DNA from: an uncultured archaeon
GTDB lineage: Archaea; Thermoproteota; Nitrososphaeria; Nitrososphaerales; Gagatemarchaeaceae
Direction: 5' to 3'
Length of the DNA stretch: 64,000 bases
Assembly (NCBI GenBank): GCA_963799775.1
Contig: CAWCYD010000003.1
Span: 1,920,001-1,984,000 of the forward strand
A program made the translations under genes and the position numbers. This document shows, one piece after another, positions 61,187 to 64,000 of this stretch. A model generated the notes under the pieces. That model ran no database searches. It was given only the letters and a program-made list of their open reading frames with translations, and was not told the origin of the DNA. Numbering within the stretch: position 1 is the first letter of the stretch; every line of letters begins with the position of its first letter.

Positions 61187-61684
61187 TTGCTACGTCTTCA
61201 CCCCGTCATCGAAGCCTTGGAGAAGAGAAAGCGTAGCCGGCCCTCATGGGACGAGTACTTCATGCAGGTCGCCAACGTCGTCAAGACCAGGTCGACGTGT
61301 CTGTCATCGGCGAAGGGTTCAGTTCTTGTCTTGGGCAGACAGATTGTCTCGACCGGCTACAACGGGACACCGGCGGGGACGAAGCATTGTGACGAGGGAG
61401 GGTGCGCAAGGTGCCTCGCCGTCAAGGACGGAAGGATGAAGTCTGGCACCAACTTGGACGCCTGCAGTTGCTGTCATAGCGAAGAGAACGCTATAGTCCA
61501 GGCTGCCAAGAATGGGATAGCCACAGCCGGTGCGACGCTTTACTCGACCCATACTCCGTGTACCTTTTGCTCAAAGATGATAATCAACGCCGGGATAAGG
61601 AAGGTGGTCGCCTCCTCTGCCTATCCCGACCAGCTGGGTGTCCGCCTCATGAAGGAGGCGGGCCTAGAGCTCGTCATTATCTGA
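61187..61684 (+). CDS. dCMP deaminase family protein
   Basis: RPSWDEYFM, TGYNG, HSEENA, PCTFC. Confidence 0.93.
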   Translation: MLRLHPVIEALEKRKRSRPSWDEYFMQVANVVKTRSTCLSSAKGSVLVLGRQIVSTGYNGTPAGTKHCDEGGCARCLAVKDGRMKSGTNLDACSCCHSEENAIVQAAKNGIATAGATLYSTHTPCTFCSKMIINAGIRKVVASSAYPDQLGVRLMKEAGLELVII

Positions 61685-61694
61685 AGTGCCGGCT

Positions 61695-62408
61695 TCAGGC
61701 GCTATGAAGAGGAGCTTCGTGCCATCCAGCCCTCTCCAGAGACAGTGACCCGTCCCAGAAGAGCGTCCGCCCGTCCGTGTCCTTGCAATCGATCTCCACC
61801 TTGATATTCTTCGCGTCCTCGAGCTCCTTGAAGACCTCAAGGTCCACCTCGACCTGAGCTCCTCCCTTCACCTCGTGCGGCCGTGTTGACCTCGAATCGG
61901 CTCCTCCCGGGAGCTGGGTGGAGACCTTCAAGCCGACGCAGTCGCCCCCGGAGTTAGAGACGACGAGGCGGTAGCTCCGCCTGTCGACTATGAGCTTAGA
62001 TCCCGCGGCGACCAGCTTGAGCGAGAGAGCGGGTCTGACCTGGGTCGCCCTCCTCTTGTTCGAGACGAGCCTCTCGAGCTCTGGGCAGACCTGCTCCAAT
62101 ATCGCCAGGCACTCTTCCGTCCTAAAATCGCCCAGCCGCTTGGAGGAGACCTTCCCCTGCACATCCTCCATGACGACCTTCGCCTCGCTGTCCAGGACGA
62201 CGCTCCTGAGCTCTCCGAACGAGTCGCCGAGCGATTTGGGGTCGAGCACGACGGGTTCCTTGAGCCATCCAAGGACGTTGACCATCGTGCCGACTATCCT
62301 GCCTGTCTTTCTCTCCTCCTCAGCCGCTAGCCTTGAGCACGTCGAGTAGAGCTCCCCCAGCTTGGCAGCCTGCTGCTCGACGACGGCATTTGTCCCCGTG
62401 GAGGACAC
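61695..62408 (-). CDS. hypothetical protein
   Basis: 237-aa ORF with a beta-rich C-terminus. Confidence 0.55.
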   Translation of the reverse strand: MSSTGTNAVVEQQAAKLGELYSTCSRLAAEEERKTGRIVGTMVNVLGWLKEPVVLDPKSLGDSFGELRSVVLDSEAKVVMEDVQGKVSSKRLGDFRTEECLAILEQVCPELERLVSNKRRATQVRPALSLKLVAAGSKLIVDRRSYRLVVSNSGGDCVGLKVSTQLPGGADSRSTRPHEVKGGAQVEVDLEVFKELEDAKNIKVEIDCKDTDGRTLFWDGSLSLERAGWHEAPLHSA

Positions 62409-62507
62409 ACCCTATCGGTTGGTGGAAGGCCTATCCTCGAATAACAAGCATTATGGAAAGGCAATTCGTGTTCGCGGTCCATACCAGACCGCAGAAGGGG
62501 CCTGTTC

Positions 62508-62867
62508 TTACACCAGCAGCAGGGCGACGATTGCGACGAGGAAGACCCAACTCACCGACATCAGGGCCAGCTTCGACATGGTCGAGAAGGCCATCGCGTT
62601 TCCCCTTCTGATTGACCGCTCTGTGTACTTGCGGAGAAGGTAGAGGGTCAGCCCCGGGACAGCGATTCCGAGGGTGACGACGTAGTCCCCGATTACCAAC
62701 CAGACGTTCTGGCCGCGCCCGGGCCCGACCGAGACGATGAGGATGATTGCGAAGCAGAATGCCAGCGCGAGTAGCCCCGCGGAGACGAGGAGCCTCCGTC
62801 CCTCCAGCAAAGACCTCTTCAAGTCTTTGAAGGCGTTCTCTTCGCTCACTGGATGGGCGAGGCTCAA
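62508..62867 (-). CDS. small membrane protein
   Basis: Three hydrophobic helices. Confidence 0.6.
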   Translation of the reverse strand: MSLAHPVSEENAFKDLKRSLLEGRRLLVSAGLLALAFCFAIILIVSVGPGRGQNVWLVIGDYVVTLGIAVPGLTLYLLRKYTERSIRRGNAMAFSTMSKLALMSVSWVFLVAIVALLLV

Positions 62868-62974
62868 ATTTCGCCTTTACGAGACTTCCCAGACGTATAA
62901 ATTTATAGTGAAGGCCAGCTTCATTGCTACCAAAGCCGCCACGTGGGCGCGCTCAGGGGACGATCGCGGTCAGG

Positions 62975-63055
62975 TCACTCGTCATCGTCGTCGGAGTCGT
63001 TGTCCTCAAAGTCATCTTCGAAGTCGTCGTCGGTCTCGCCGTCTTCGGCTGACAT
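62975..63055 (-). CDS. possible 26-aa polyacidic peptide (MSAEDGETDDDFEDDFEDNDSDDDDE)
   Basis: ATG about 26 bp downstream of CTTAAAAG; strongly biased composition. Confidence 0.5.
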   Translation of the reverse strand: MSAEDGETDDDFEDDFEDNDSDDDDE

Positions 63056-63162
63056 TTCGCCCGTGTGCCTTCTAGCTATGCTTTTAAGAATTTCTTGAAA
63101 GCGCGGGCTCGAATCTCCGTGAGGCTATCGCTTAAAGAGGAGTCACATCGGCTCTGAGCGGC

Positions 63163-63406
63163 ATGGTCTTGATTAGGGTGGCCGACGACGGCTCAGGAGA
63201 GACTCCAGTCGTGGAGAAGGGAAGGGACGCGCCTTTCAAGCAGGGGAACCTTTTCGCTTACGAGGTGAAGGACGAGGTGGCGAAGTACTGGAACAAGCTG
63301 CCGCCCCAGCGGAGGGCGGAGCTCTTCAAGCAGTCCAAGAAGGAGAAGAGGGCACCTCCGCCAGATCCTCGACGGGTTCGTCTTCAAGCCCGCCCACACA
63401 AAGTAA
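63163..63406 (+). CDS. small hypothetical protein, probable frameshift near 63350
   Basis: MVLIRVADDG...; the alternative frame ends RQILDGFVFKPAHTK. Confidence 0.45.
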
Positions 63407-63457
63407 CAAGAGTCGCACCAAGCGCCTTAAATCGACGGCGCTAATCCGGGCGAGCAC

Positions 63458-64000
63458 TTGTATTACTGCCCGAGCTGCGGCCACGAGCTCCCAGACGAGG
63501 CTCTCTTCTGCTCCAGCTGCGGCTCCAAGCTCGTCCAGCTGGGCGCCGGCGGGCCTGAGGCGCTTGGGACGGGGTCGCAGCCTACTTCGCCCCCTCCCGT
63601 CCCCGACCAGGGCTGGGCTGCCCCTCCTCCCCCTCAAGAGGAGCGGAGGCGTCCACGCGCCGGAGGGAGGGCGCTGGTCTTGGCAGTCGTCGCGATCCTG
63701 CTCGTCCTCCTTGTGGCCACCACCTTCGAGACGGGATTTCTGGGCTCCTCGGCGGGGCCTAAAGCCGTCAACTCCCCCAACAACCCGTTGACAGGGGCGC
63801 AGCTCTACACGGCCTACACTTCAGACCAATCACAGGCCGACGCGTCCTACACGAACAAGACCATCTACATCCAAGACACCTTGGACACGGGGGTGAGCGT
63901 GGACCTGGGCTCAGGACAATACTACTCGACCGTCGCCGCAGGGGAGGTGGTGCTGGTATGGAACTCGCCGTCCCAGGTCGACCAGCTCTCGGCGGGCTCA
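63458..64000 (+). CDS. 3'-truncated zinc-ribbon + TM + OB-fold-like (tRNA_anti-like) protein
   Basis: YCPSCG...FCSSCG; TM helix; AQLYTAY...ADASYTNKTIYI. Confidence 0.7.
   Translation, partial: MYYCPSCGHELPDEALFCSSCGSKLVQLGAGGPEALGTGSQPTSPPPVPDQGWAAPPPPQEERRRPRAGGRALVLAVVAILLVLLVATTFETGFLGSSAGPKAVNSPNNPLTGAQLYTAYTSDQSQADASYTNKTIYIQDTLDTGVSVDLGSGQYYSTVAAGEVVLVWNSPSQVDQLSAGS

Noticed and set aside
1-64000. tRNA, rRNA, transposase or integrase genes
   Set aside because: None recognised by eye; a tRNAscan-SE/Infernal run would be needed to exclude short RNAs.

Overview
This ~60% GC window is archaeal chromosomal DNA. The evidence is a group II chaperonin, a stand-alone TRAM protein, CdvA, DUF1512 and TATA-led leaderless genes; it most resembles a Nitrososphaerota/TACK lineage (inference). 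It is a gene-dense accessory region of small enzymes, regulators, Ser/Thr-rich surface proteins and zinc-binding micro-proteins. I saw no rRNA, tRNA, CRISPR array, integrase or transposase. About 20 genes carry single-base frameshifts, many in G/C runs, so the assembly probably has uncorrected long-read errors and most breaks are not real pseudogenes. The main finding is a tight three-gene operon at 43263-45503. It encodes a divergent Ku-like protein (hidden by two compensating frameshifts), a minimal ATP-dependent DNA ligase and a translationally coupled minimal family-X polymerase. This is a candidate archaeal end-joining module using PolX, as eukaryotic NHEJ does, instead of the AEP/PrimPol of known prokaryotic NHEJ. 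All family calls come from motif recognition by eye, not from database searches.
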